Shown: in pieces, positions 8,857 to 17,307 of the stretch
How positions within the stretch are numbered: position 1 is the stretch's first letter
Layout of the letters: every line of letters begins with the position of its first letter
NCBI GenBank assembly: GCA_965649265.1
Contig: CBFGKC010000006.1
Coordinates: forward strand, 114,975-178,974
DNA: 64,000 nucleotides
Source of the DNA: a candidate division WOR-3 bacterium
Lineage (GTDB): Bacteria > Hydrothermota > Tepidihabitantia > B3-TA06
Direction of reading: 5' to 3'
Position numbers and translations under genes: made by a program
The notes under the pieces: generated by a model
Database searches by the model: none
The model's input: only the letters and a program-made list of their open reading frames with translations
What the model was told of the DNA's origin: nothing

Positions 8857-10445
8857 TTTTCATCCTTACAATGGCATTCATCACACTCTTCTTCATTATC
8901 ATCCTCTTCCAGTGACGCGAAGGCCTGAGGAAGATAGCGAAGCAGGTCGCCGGCAAGCAAGGAGTGTTCGCCGATGTCCTCTATCGCTATATCAGCCGCT
9001 TTACCGTGAAGCCAGACGCCGAGCCGCGCGGCGGGGGAGAGGGGCATTTTTTGTGCAACAAGGCCGGCTATTATCCCTGTCAGAACGTCGCCGGTTCCTC
9101 CCGATGCGAGTCCCGAGTTTCCGGTCGAGTTAACCCAGGTTTCTGAGGGGCATCCGGTAACCGTCGGCGCGCCTTTGAGTGCAAGCACCGTTCCCCATTT
9201 TTTTGCATACTCCTCTGAAAGATCAAGTCTTTTCGAATCCACTTGCTTCGCATCCATGTCGGTCAGTCTTCCGAACTCTCCGGGATGCGGTGTCAGAATA
9301 AGTGGGGGCTTCTTTCCTTCGAGTAATCCAGGCTCCGAGGCAATGGCGTTGATTCCGTCAGCATCGATAATCAACGGTTTCTTCCACTGCTTGAAGAGTT
9401 TCTTGACAAGTTCCACCGTTTCAGGATGAGTGCCGAGTCCTGGACCAATTGCCAGAACGTTCACGTCCTCCACCATTGACATTATTTCCTCTAGCGCTTT
9501 CGATGAGATGTGGCCGTCGCCTGTATCTGCCAATGGTTTTTTGACGACCTCCAGGAGAGAGGAATCGAATACGCCGCTCATGGTTGCCGGGAATCCGAGG
9601 TAAACGATTCCGGCGCCGGACCTTCCTGCCGCCTCGCAGGCAAGCCGCGCGGCGCCGCTCATGCCCTGGGAACCTGCAACAACGAGAACCTTGCCGAAGG
9701 TCGCCTTGTTTCCCCAGGGGACGCGAGAAGGAACTAGGAGGGAGGCGTCTTCGGACGTCATAAGTCGCAAATGCCCCTCGCCATCAAAGATCGCGCCAGG
9801 TATACCGATATCTGCAACCCACACCTCGCCGCAGTATTCCATGGTTGGATAAAGCACATGGCAGGGTTTCAGGTAAGCCATTGTGACCGTTACATCCGCT
9901 TGAACCGCAGTCCCTGGTTTTTCAAGCATGCCGTCAGCCTCGATTCCTGACGGCAAGTCGACGCTCACGACGAAACCCTCAGACTCGTTTACGAGTTCTA
10001 TCGCCTTTTGAGCGAGTTCATCAGGCTTACCCTTGAATCCTGTGCCGAGAATCGCGTCCACGACCACGTCAAACGAATCGATATCGTCAATCCACGAAGC
10101 CAGGCCGTCCTCATCCAAGACCTCGTCTATGGGCAATCCCATCTTCTCGGCTATTCTCGCATTGGTAAGGGCATCGCCTTTCAGGTCGTCCACCCTGGCA
10201 AGCAGAATGATTTCGACGAACGCACCCCTGTTGGCCAGGTGGCGGGCCACGACGAATCCGTCGCCGCCGTTGTTACCTTTTCCGCAAACCATAAGAGCCC
10301 TTAAGCCGTCCGTGCCCAGGTACTCCTCGATGGTTTCGGCGACCGCACGGCCCGCGTTTTCCATGAGTAAAATTGTGGGTATCCCGAACTCGCTGGACGC
10401 GCGTTCATCTATTCCGCGCATCTCGTCGCGTCTCACAATACGCAT
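8853..10445 (-). CDS. nnr: Bifunctional NAD(P)H-hydrate repair enzyme (epimerase + ADP-dependent dehydratase)
   Basis: The YjeF-N domain is visible (VCGKGNNGGDGFVVARHL). The carbohydrate-kinase-like C-domain is visible (GVLVVAGSQGMSGAARLA, GPGLG, TPHPGEFGRL, SGGTGDVLTGIIAGL). It ends in an unusual acidic Cys/His tail, EEDDNEEECDECHCKDEK. Confidence 0.85.
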   Translation of the reverse strand: MRIVRRDEMRGIDERASSEFGIPTILLMENAGRAVAETIEEYLGTDGLRALMVCGKGNNGGDGFVVARHLANRGAFVEIILLARVDDLKGDALTNARIAEKMGLPIDEVLDEDGLASWIDDIDSFDVVVDAILGTGFKGKPDELAQKAIELVNESEGFVVSVDLPSGIEADGMLEKPGTAVQADVTVTMAYLKPCHVLYPTMEYCGEVWVADIGIPGAIFDGEGHLRLMTSEDASLLVPSRVPWGNKATFGKVLVVAGSQGMSGAARLACEAAGRSGAGIVYLGFPATMSGVFDSSLLEVVKKPLADTGDGHISSKALEEIMSMVEDVNVLAIGPGLGTHPETVELVKKLFKQWKKPLIIDADGINAIASEPGLLEGKKPPLILTPHPGEFGRLTDMDAKQVDSKRLDLSEEYAKKWGTVLALKGAPTVTGCPSETWVNSTGNSGLASGGTGDVLTGIIAGLVAQKMPLSPAARLGVWLHGKAADIAIEDIGEHSLLAGDLLRYLPQAFASLEEDDNEEECDECHCKDEK

Positions 10446-10522
10446 GTTACCTCTCCCTTTGTGTATCTATTTTTTCTTCTTGTCCTGAAAATTCTTGCCT
10501 GTGCCGGATAGTGCAGAAAGGC

Positions 10523-11599
10523 TCATCCGTAGAAGTACTGGTAAGAGAGCGAGCGTATTACGTCTCCGGAACGATCCTTGCTTATCTCCTCCAGAATATG
10601 TCCCTTGTCATCGTAGCGTAGATCGACGAATCCGTAAGGCTTGTTGCGCTCGTCGTGCCAGATTATCTTTATAGGCTCCTTTCCTTCTTTATCGTACTTG
10701 TACTCCCATGATTTCGTACGCCTTTTGTTGCTGTCGTGCCATTCCTTTTTAAGAAGGCGGCCTTTGCGGTCGTACTGGAATTCAATCGTATTTAAAATCT
10801 CGTTCTGGGAGTTACGGGTAATTTCCTTGGTAATCTTTCCGTCCTTGCTTACTTCCCTGTCGAAAACCTGCAGGGTGACACCCGAACGATCTATGTGTAT
10901 TTCCTGAACCAGGACCCCGTCCTTGTCGTAAATCATCTGTTGTGTGCGGACAGGCTGTCCTGCGGTGTCGAAGAAAACCATTCTCGTGAGACGATCCCCG
11001 TCGTACTCGTAGCGGCATATCTCGTTTACGCGATCGTTGAGAACCGTGCGGCGTTCGACCAGTCGGTTGCCCGATCCCTTTGGAGGAGGGGGAGGGGGTG
11101 CTGAAAAAGAAGCCTGGCCTTGAGGCTGGGGTTGTGGAGAAGCGGTTCTTGTGTCCTTTGCTTGCGTTTTGGCCTGCGGCTGCAGCTGAGGCTCCGGAGC
11201 GCGCTGTTTGGCGGCAATGGCGGGCGAAAGCGTCGGCATGGCATCCCTGCGCGGATGTTCGTCTCCCTGTTTGAGCGATAAGCGAAGTCTGGATTCCAGA
11301 TGTGTTTCAAGATGATCTATGAGCTTTACGGCCTTTTCGAGGTCGTTGGACTCGATAACGGCCAGCGTAATTTCGTTAAGTATCTCGACCTGGAATTCGT
11401 GAGCGGCAATCTTGATAAGCTCGGGAGAAATGGATTCGCGCGCGGCCGCAAGATGCACTTCCACCCTCTGGCTGAGCTTGCGGTTTTCCTCAAGAAGATC
11501 CGCAATGCGTTTGGCCAGTTCTTCCTGTTCTTTTGCCAGGTCCTGGTACTTTAAATAATCTTTTTCGGGATCGTACTTAGAAGCCATGGATTGTCTCAC
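10523..11599 (-). CDS. Coiled-coil / Pro-Gln-rich linker / YD(RHS-type)-repeat protein, no signal peptide
   Basis: The N-terminal roughly 110 aa are heptad-rich (EQEELAKRIADLLEENRKLSQ). A low-complexity linker follows (PQPQPQGQASFSAPPPPPPKG). The C-terminal third carries YD repeats (RYEYDGDRL, IYDKDGVLV, QYDRKGRLL, KYDKEGK, RYDDKGHIL). Confidence 0.6.
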   Translation of the reverse strand: MRQSMASKYDPEKDYLKYQDLAKEQEELAKRIADLLEENRKLSQRVEVHLAAARESISPELIKIAAHEFQVEILNEITLAVIESNDLEKAVKLIDHLETHLESRLRLSLKQGDEHPRRDAMPTLSPAIAAKQRAPEPQLQPQAKTQAKDTRTASPQPQPQGQASFSAPPPPPPKGSGNRLVERRTVLNDRVNEICRYEYDGDRLTRMVFFDTAGQPVRTQQMIYDKDGVLVQEIHIDRSGVTLQVFDREVSKDGKITKEITRNSQNEILNTIEFQYDRKGRLLKKEWHDSNKRRTKSWEYKYDKEGKEPIKIIWHDERNKPYGFVDLRYDDKGHILEEISKDRSGDVIRSLSYQYFYG

Positions 11600-11691
11600 T
11601 GGTTGTTGTCATACGCTAACTATACCAAGCTTAAGTGCCCTTGTCAAGCTAAATAAAATGCCCCCTAAAAGTCGAATGACGACATTTAGGG

Positions 11692-11730
11692 ATCCCGAGA
11701 AGTCAGTTTCGGACTTCTCGGGGTCCCGGA
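11692..11730. repeat. Perfect 16-bp-stem inverted repeat (GGGATCCCGAGAAGTC-agtttcg-GACTTCTCGGGGTCCC)
   Basis: It is seen directly in the sequence. It lies between the start of the YD-repeat gene and the stop of 11732..13069. No U-tract follows it on either strand. Confidence 0.5.
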
Positions 11731-11731
11731 T

Positions 11732-13069
11732 TCATTTCACAATTATAACCTTGCAGATTCGGCAAGGATCTACATCGGGGACTATGAAATACACGCCTGC
11801 CTCGTGTCCTTTACCCCATTTGAAAGTGCCTTGTGTTTGAGATGGTTTTATTTTGTCCACCTTGCGGCCGGATGCGTCGTATACATCGGCTTGAAAACCG
11901 CTGGGATGTCCCGAGTATTGCAGCACTATCTCCTTACCGATGGGGGAGAGGAGTTGCCAGGCTGTTATTTGCTCGACAGCAGGTTTTTCCGCGACTCCTA
12001 CGTTGCCAAGGGAATCGGTCTTAATAAGACAGATTTTGTAAATACCGCTTTCCGAGGTCATAACCTCTCCGGTAATAATAAAACCCTTATCCTGGGTTTC
12101 CTGGACACTGAATCCTCTGTTCCATGAGTTTTCGCCGAATTGTTTTGTCCACTGAAAGTTTCCATTTTTATCTAACTTAAGGAGGAGCAGAAAAGTTCCG
12201 TGATCGGTCCTGAAAATTCCGGTTGCGGCTAAACCGCCGTCATATGTCTCATCACAATCATAGGCCTGCAGAGAATCTCTTGCAAAAGACCAGACTGTAT
12301 CCCCCAGTTCATCGAGCTTGAGTATCCATAAAGCCTGCCCGCCGTTTTTCCAGCCTGCAACATAGTACCCACCTTCGGTCTGGTGTATGGAGTAGCCCTT
12401 TTCTCCTTCCGTGGACAAGCCATGGCTTTTTGCCCAAAGGAGATTGCCCTTATCATCGGTCTTGACAACGCCCAGATGAAAGGCTGAATCTCTGCCTGTT
12501 ACAATAAAACCGTTATCTTCAGTTTTTGCGATACACAAACCTTCCAGCCCATACTGGTGCGTCCAGACCGTATCGCCGTTCTTGTCGAACTTCATGATAG
12601 TCCAGGGGGTGCCTGTTGCAGCATATCCGTCTGCCGTTTCGATTACACATTCGCCATAAGAAAAACCACTATTATTGCCAATCGCCTGAGTCCATAAAGT
12701 GTCGCCATAAGGGTTCGTTTTTATCAACCACAAATGAACCGTCTGCCAGCCACCCGCACAACTACCCACGAGCGTATATCCTTCGTCAGTTGTTTGGATG
12801 ACAGAAAGGCCTTTACCGCCGTAAGCTTTTGAATCCTTGTATGTTTTAGACCATTGGATTTCGCCCAAAGGATCGGTTTTCAGGAGGCAGGTTCCGGCTA
12901 CTATATATCCTCCATCCTTTGTTTGCTTGACGGAGTATCCTGAATTGAAATCAGCGTCACCGTAAGTTTTCATCCAGCCGGCAACACTCGACAGAGGGAA
13001 TATCAGCAACCCAAGAACCGTCAAGACTATGTTTGTCAGAGGATTAAACACTAACCTCGATTTTTCCAT
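11732..13069 (-). CDS. Secreted beta-propeller-like tandem-repeat protein with T9SS CTD (paralog of 2652..4340)
   Basis: There is a signal/TM (LTNIVLTVLGLLIFPLSSVAG). The repeats are DGGYIVAG ... GDTLWTQAIG / GDTVWTHQYG / GNLLWAKSHG. The C-terminus is GVYFIVPDVDPCRICKVIIVK. Confidence 0.6.
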   Translation of the reverse strand: MEKSRLVFNPLTNIVLTVLGLLIFPLSSVAGWMKTYGDADFNSGYSVKQTKDGGYIVAGTCLLKTDPLGEIQWSKTYKDSKAYGGKGLSVIQTTDEGYTLVGSCAGGWQTVHLWLIKTNPYGDTLWTQAIGNNSGFSYGECVIETADGYAATGTPWTIMKFDKNGDTVWTHQYGLEGLCIAKTEDNGFIVTGRDSAFHLGVVKTDDKGNLLWAKSHGLSTEGEKGYSIHQTEGGYYVAGWKNGGQALWILKLDELGDTVWSFARDSLQAYDCDETYDGGLAATGIFRTDHGTFLLLLKLDKNGNFQWTKQFGENSWNRGFSVQETQDKGFIITGEVMTSESGIYKICLIKTDSLGNVGVAEKPAVEQITAWQLLSPIGKEIVLQYSGHPSGFQADVYDASGRKVDKIKPSQTQGTFKWGKGHEAGVYFIVPDVDPCRICKVIIVK

Positions 13070-13157
13070 AAAACCTCCTCAAGGTTTTTTTGGCTTACGC
13101 CTCCTCATTAACGCCCAACAATTAAATTCTGGTCAAAAAACCTGCTTATCAAGCTCT

Positions 13158-14453
13158 CTAGCTCGCGTAAGGGAACAGGAACTTTAGCGATGCGCCGAAG
13201 CGGTAGAACTTTTCGGTATACAAATCTTCCTCCAGCCCGAACTTCTTGGACCAGGTCGCGTACTCGAAGGAACTGTTGAGGACAACATACGAAGAGATAG
13301 GTATGCCTATCCCTGCGGTTACACCTTTGAGATACTTTGGTGTGTGCTGGCCTGAGTCGGCCTGCGGGATCGCGTCAAAGTAGAAACCTCCGCGTACTAT
13401 CACAGGCGATACGAATTCGGCACCGAAGCGGAACGTGGAACCGTCGTTCACGCCGAGCCTTGAGCCTAAGGCCTCGACGGCAGTGAAGAAGCGAGTCTGG
13501 AATTCACCTGAAAGATTGAGGAAAGGCAAAATCTTCGACCGCAAACCGACGGTGAAGACGCCGGGCAACATGTAGGCTGTTGAGTCATCTACCTGGTGTT
13601 TTATCTGAATTCCATTAGTGTCCAATACAAGCGTTGAATCAAACCAAGTAATCTCCGTTCCGGAAAGGCTTTCCTCGCCCCATCTCCAGCCCCAGGCTAT
13701 AGGTGATCGATATGAGAAGCTTATACCCAACTGGGGAAAGGGTTCCGCAAACGCGCCTACAGTGAAAAAATTTCCTGTCGAGGAGAAGTTACCTTTGTAT
13801 CTTATTCGTGTTTCATCGTATATACCGGAGGTGTCCCCGTCTTCAATCTCAAGATCATCGTAAACGCTTACTTCGTAATAGCTGCTTTTGAGCTTCTCTA
13901 GTGCGCTGAAGCTGAAGGCCAGACCAATGGAGTAATTGTCCAGTATGCTCATTGCGATCGCCGGGGTTATTACCCTTAAACCGCCGGTTGCGGTATCGGT
14001 CATCTTATAACTTCCGTTTTCGAATTCCCAGTTAATCTCCCTGTTGACGGCATTATCAATATGTAGGTGATAGCCGAAAGCAGGATAGAGCACAGCGTAT
14101 TCCGCGATCTGGATGGGCAAAGCTAAAGAGACGTGTGTGAACTGGGGGATGGTGTTATATTTTGTGTAGTATTGCTCTTCTTGTATCTCTTCCTGGCCGA
14201 AACCCCAGTAAAGCCTTCCGCCGATCTCCATTTCAAGATAATCAGCGTCCAGCAAAAGAGCAGGATTGAAAAAGATGGCGTTCGAACCCTGAGCGCTGAC
14301 CGATCCGGTATTGCCCATGCCGCAGGAACGGACATCCACGACGGTGGGATTAATTGCGTCAACCATAAATGCATAAACGGTTGAATTTACGAAAAATAGC
14401 GGTAACAATACGACCAAAGTCTTAAAGGTCGCTTTTTTTTCAAATCCTGACAT
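13158..14453 (-). CDS. Outer-membrane beta-barrel protein, FadL/OmpP1-like superfamily (possibly PorV/PorQ-like)
   Basis: The ORF is trimmed to the ATG at 14453 (MSGFEKKATFKTLVVLLPLFFVNSTVYA signal). The mature N-terminus, VRSCGMGNTGSVSAQGSNAIFFNPALL, fits the R-x-x-G-M-G-x-x-G ... NPA motif of FadL-like barrels. It has an aromatic-rich C-terminus (FLFPYAS). Confidence 0.4.
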   Translation of the reverse strand: MSGFEKKATFKTLVVLLPLFFVNSTVYAFMVDAINPTVVDVRSCGMGNTGSVSAQGSNAIFFNPALLLDADYLEMEIGGRLYWGFGQEEIQEEQYYTKYNTIPQFTHVSLALPIQIAEYAVLYPAFGYHLHIDNAVNREINWEFENGSYKMTDTATGGLRVITPAIAMSILDNYSIGLAFSFSALEKLKSSYYEVSVYDDLEIEDGDTSGIYDETRIRYKGNFSSTGNFFTVGAFAEPFPQLGISFSYRSPIAWGWRWGEESLSGTEITWFDSTLVLDTNGIQIKHQVDDSTAYMLPGVFTVGLRSKILPFLNLSGEFQTRFFTAVEALGSRLGVNDGSTFRFGAEFVSPVIVRGGFYFDAIPQADSGQHTPKYLKGVTAGIGIPISSYVVLNSSFEYATWSKKFGLEEDLYTEKFYRFGASLKFLFPYAS

Positions 14454-14670
14454 GCACATACCTACCTCCAGGCTTGCCTTTTTTGTATCTATAGTGTATA
14501 CCGAAACATGTGATTTGTCAAGCCCTTCTGTGAGCTTCTGGTCATCTAAGTCAAGCCAAAAAAACATCTGTAACCGTCAGCCCTCTCAGTCATATCCCGG
14601 CATTGGTCTTACAGACTGAGTTAATTGGAATAATATCCAAATCACAAGCAGAGAAAGATGTGTTACTGAG

Positions 14671-14905
14671 TCCTCCTCAGAAACCTCCTCAGAGCTACCC
14701 CTCAGTCTTCCTTACATCCCCGGCGCTCCTCATTGGATCAGTAATAATGAAACAGCAGAAGCCGGAGGGTTCTGCCAATGCGCCTCCGGCGCTCCTCATT
14801 GGAGAGTAGAAGTAAAATGGCGGAAGCGGAGCTTGCGCCCAGCGCCTTCGAGGCGCTCGCTCTCCTCAGAAATACCCTGACACATGTCTGACACACTGAG
14901 CTAAT
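14671..14905. repeat. Composite noncoding repeat element, locus 1 (CCTCAG-type short tandem repeats + GCGCCTCCGGCGCT hairpin modules)
   Basis: Its roughly 85-bp core, atgcgcctccggcgct..ttgga..gtagaa.t.aaatggcggaagcg.agcttgcgcccagcgcc, is shared with two copies at 51946..52170. It is flanked by ACTGAG(T/C)TAAT at 14622 and 14893. Confidence 0.6.
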
Positions 14906-15040
14906 CTTAGCGGTATGTTTCTATTTATGAGCTATGAGGGAGAAGGGGGGGCAGGAGCCCTCCTCAGAGACCTCTCGGTGTCGATTTTACATAATTTTCT
15001 GAGCGGAGTATCTTTCTATTCACGACCAATGAGGGATGGT

Positions 15041-15096
15041 GTGTTACGGGGGGGGGACGGGTGTTACGGGTGGGTGTTACGGGTGGCGTTACGGGG
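15041..15096. repeat. Short tandem repeat (GTGTTACGGG x4, the reverse complement of CCCGTAACAC) overlapping the rSAM stop codon
   Basis: The sequence reads gtgttacggg ggggggacgg gtgttacggg tgggtgttacggg tggcgttacgggg. The rSAM stop codon (TAA at 15089..15091, minus strand) lies inside the last unit. The same unit recurs at 48003..48081 and 58790..58830. Confidence 0.6.
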
Positions 15097-16111
15097 CAGA
15101 GAGAATCTGGGCGACGAATGGTTCGGTACCACCGCATTCATTTGCGGCGGCCCGGCACGATGCCCGGCATGTCTCGATATCCTTGCACCCTCTGCACATC
15201 TCCGGTATATCCTCAATGAACTCCTTCCTTTCGGCGGAATCCATCAGCTCCCAGAAACTTTTTTCCCTGATATTCCCGAGAACGAGCGGGGTGTGGTTGC
15301 ACGGACGCAGATTGCCTATGGAATCCACCACCGGGTAGCACTCCTCGGTTCCCGCCGAGCAGAAACCGAAGCCGAGATGCGGGTAGTTCTTAATATCCAC
15401 GAGGCAGCAGGGGATAGGTATCGATACGCTTATGGGGAACCTCTTTTCTACCGCGAACCGCTCGGCTGTGTCGAGCATGAAGAGCACATCCTGGGGGGAG
15501 GGGGAGAGTTCGTCGAGATTCTCGAGTCCCCTTCCGCCGGGATTGAAGCGGTTGAGCATCACGCCGTGCGTACCGAGGCTCCTTGCGAACTCCAGGGTTT
15601 CCCAGAGCCTTGCGAGGTTGATCTTTGTGACGATCAGGGCGACTACAATCTTCGCCTTTGTCGAAAGCACGGCCTCTATCCCTCGAACTGATTTCTCGAA
15701 GCTTCCACTGCATCCCTGCAGGTATTCGTGCTCGTCTGGCCTGTCCGATAGAAGCTGGATCTCGAAAAGAGAGATTCCAGCCCTCACAAGCGTCTTTGCG
15801 AGTTTCTTGTCGAGCGCCTGGCCGTTCGTGATGATGTTGAGCTGAGCGCCCGAGAGTGCGGCCTGAAGCGAGATGTCCACGAGATCGGGTCTCAGAGTCG
15901 GTTCTCCGCCGCTTATCGTGAAGAGTGACGGCTTCGTCTCTTTTAAGAGCTTTGCCAGCATCTCGCGGGTTTCCTTTGGGTTCAAGTCCTCATGTACAGT
16001 TTCCGGATGCTTATGCCAGATGTTGTAGCAGAAGCGGCATTTGAGATTACATCTTTGGGTTACTTCGAAGATGAGGATTTTCTGGCGGCGGTCCCTTAAC
16101 GAATCGTTCAT
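15089..16111 (-). CDS. Radical SAM enzyme with C-terminal SPASM-type auxiliary cluster domain (peptide/protein-modifying maturase class)
   Basis: The N-terminal CNLKCRFCYN carries the CX3CX2C motif. The C-terminal Cys cluster is PCCLVD...FCSAGTEEC...RPCNH...CRGCKDIETCRASCRAAANECGG. It starts 1 nt after the stop of paralog 16113..16688, and an AAGGAAG Shine-Dalgarno site sits upstream. Confidence 0.75.
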   Translation of the reverse strand: MNDSLRDRRQKILIFEVTQRCNLKCRFCYNIWHKHPETVHEDLNPKETREMLAKLLKETKPSLFTISGGEPTLRPDLVDISLQAALSGAQLNIITNGQALDKKLAKTLVRAGISLFEIQLLSDRPDEHEYLQGCSGSFEKSVRGIEAVLSTKAKIVVALIVTKINLARLWETLEFARSLGTHGVMLNRFNPGGRGLENLDELSPSPQDVLFMLDTAERFAVEKRFPISVSIPIPCCLVDIKNYPHLGFGFCSAGTEECYPVVDSIGNLRPCNHTPLVLGNIREKSFWELMDSAERKEFIEDIPEMCRGCKDIETCRASCRAAANECGGTEPFVAQILSAP

Positions 16112-16112
16112 G

Positions 16113-16688
16113 CTAATTATCTTCCTTTTTCTCAGTTCCTGACGTATCCGGTTTGCTGACTATTAGTTTTGCCAGGTGAGAGGTTTCAGAATTAAGCGAG
16201 GATATTTTCATGAAGACCCTGACGGTTTCAGGCGGAAGGCCTCGAACATCCAGCCTCGCTTCCAGAAGTTCCGCGGAGCTGTCGAATTTCCCGTCGACCG
16301 GGTCGAGCGATATAATATAAGGTTCAGCATCCGGTCGGCTAACCGCGGCCGTAGCACTGTATATTATGTCACCAGGTATTTCTGTTCTTCCAAGAACCTT
16401 TATAGTTACGGAATCCGCACCCCTGGTCGGGTTGGGATAGATCAAAAGCGAGTCGACAATCTCATCTGCAGGCGGAGAAAAATGAACATAGTAGCAAGTA
16501 ATCGCCGGTTCATAGTGACGGTGTGTCAGACATCCTATGAGCGAAAGTAAGCCTCCTAGAAGAACCAGTTTAAAATGTCTGGTTGTTCTTGAAAATCGGT
16601 TCTTGCTCTCTAAAACCGAAAGAAGATGGAATACTAAACCTCCCGCTCGGCTCAACAACCCTGAGAGCCTATTACGCAACTTGATCAC
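16113..16688 (-). CDS. Array paralog 12/12: single-pass membrane protein with TCY/PNPTxGADSV ectodomain
   Basis: The architecture is MIKLRNRLSGLLSRAGGLVFHLLSVLE, then a TM helix (LVLLGGLLSLIGCL), then ITCYY...PNPTRGADSVTIKV. It is the last gene before the rSAM gene. Confidence 0.6.
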   Translation of the reverse strand: MIKLRNRLSGLLSRAGGLVFHLLSVLESKNRFSRTTRHFKLVLLGGLLSLIGCLTHRHYEPAITCYYVHFSPPADEIVDSLLIYPNPTRGADSVTIKVLGRTEIPGDIIYSATAAVSRPDAEPYIISLDPVDGKFDSSAELLEARLDVRGLPPETVRVFMKISSLNSETSHLAKLIVSKPDTSGTEKKEDN

Positions 16689-16717
16689 TGGTCAATATAC
16701 GGCTGATAGGGATGGTG

Positions 16718-17278
16718 TCAATCCTTTTCTTCCGTAGAGTCAGGGTCCGTCACGACAAGCATTAGTTGTTGCGTATACATGCCTGCCTGGGAGGTGTAGA
16801 AGGTCAGGTCCACCCATGTTGTTTCGGAGACAAGCCCTCCGATATAGAACCTCCCCTGAACGGCCTCAAGCGTGTCCGAAAAATCTCCGTCAACCGCATC
16901 GAGAGGCGTAAGAAGCGTGTCTGATGCCAGTTTTATCGTCGCGCCGGTAATGATGTTGCCTTCTATTCCCGGATCGTAAACCTTGGCCGTCGCCTTCACC
17001 GTTACCGTATCCGCGCCTTTTGTAGGATTCGGCGTAATAGCAGCCTCGGTGACTACCACGGGGTCAATTATGGCCATGTCGTAGCAGGTTGCTATGGGTG
17101 TCTCCGGCTGTGCCCTGAGCCAGCCTGCAACAGTCAGAACGAGACCTAAAACGAAGAGCTTGGTCCACCTCGCCGTCTTTTTAATAGTTCCCTCCTCCTC
17201 CCAGCTTGAAAGAACCGGAAGGAGTTTTGCTCCTATCCTCGTTATGAATGATGAAAGCGCGTTTCGAGTCTTAATCAT
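16718..17278 (-). CDS. Array paralog 11/12
   Basis: It reads MIKTRNALSSFITRIGAKLLPVLSSWEEEG, then a TM helix, then IATCYD...PNPTKGADTVTVKATAKV...DGDFSDTLEAVQGRFYIGGL...TDPDSTEEKD. Confidence 0.6.
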   Translation of the reverse strand: MIKTRNALSSFITRIGAKLLPVLSSWEEEGTIKKTARWTKLFVLGLVLTVAGWLRAQPETPIATCYDMAIIDPVVVTEAAITPNPTKGADTVTVKATAKVYDPGIEGNIITGATIKLASDTLLTPLDAVDGDFSDTLEAVQGRFYIGGLVSETTWVDLTFYTSQAGMYTQQLMLVVTDPDSTEEKD

Positions 17279-17307
17279 GTTTTACTGTACCTCACTTTTC
17301 CGGACTG

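Noticed and set aside
14603-14809. 68-aa ORF over the composite repeat element (PALLIG...ANAPPALLIGE)
   Set aside because: The internal amino-acid repeat only reflects the DNA repeat. There is no start context, and the same element at 51828..52178 is not in a conserved frame.
14915-15691. 258-aa plus-strand ORF in the track
   Set aside because: It lies antisense to the well-supported rSAM/SPASM gene and begins inside the GTGTTACGGG repeat. It has no domain signal. It is a GC-frame artefact.
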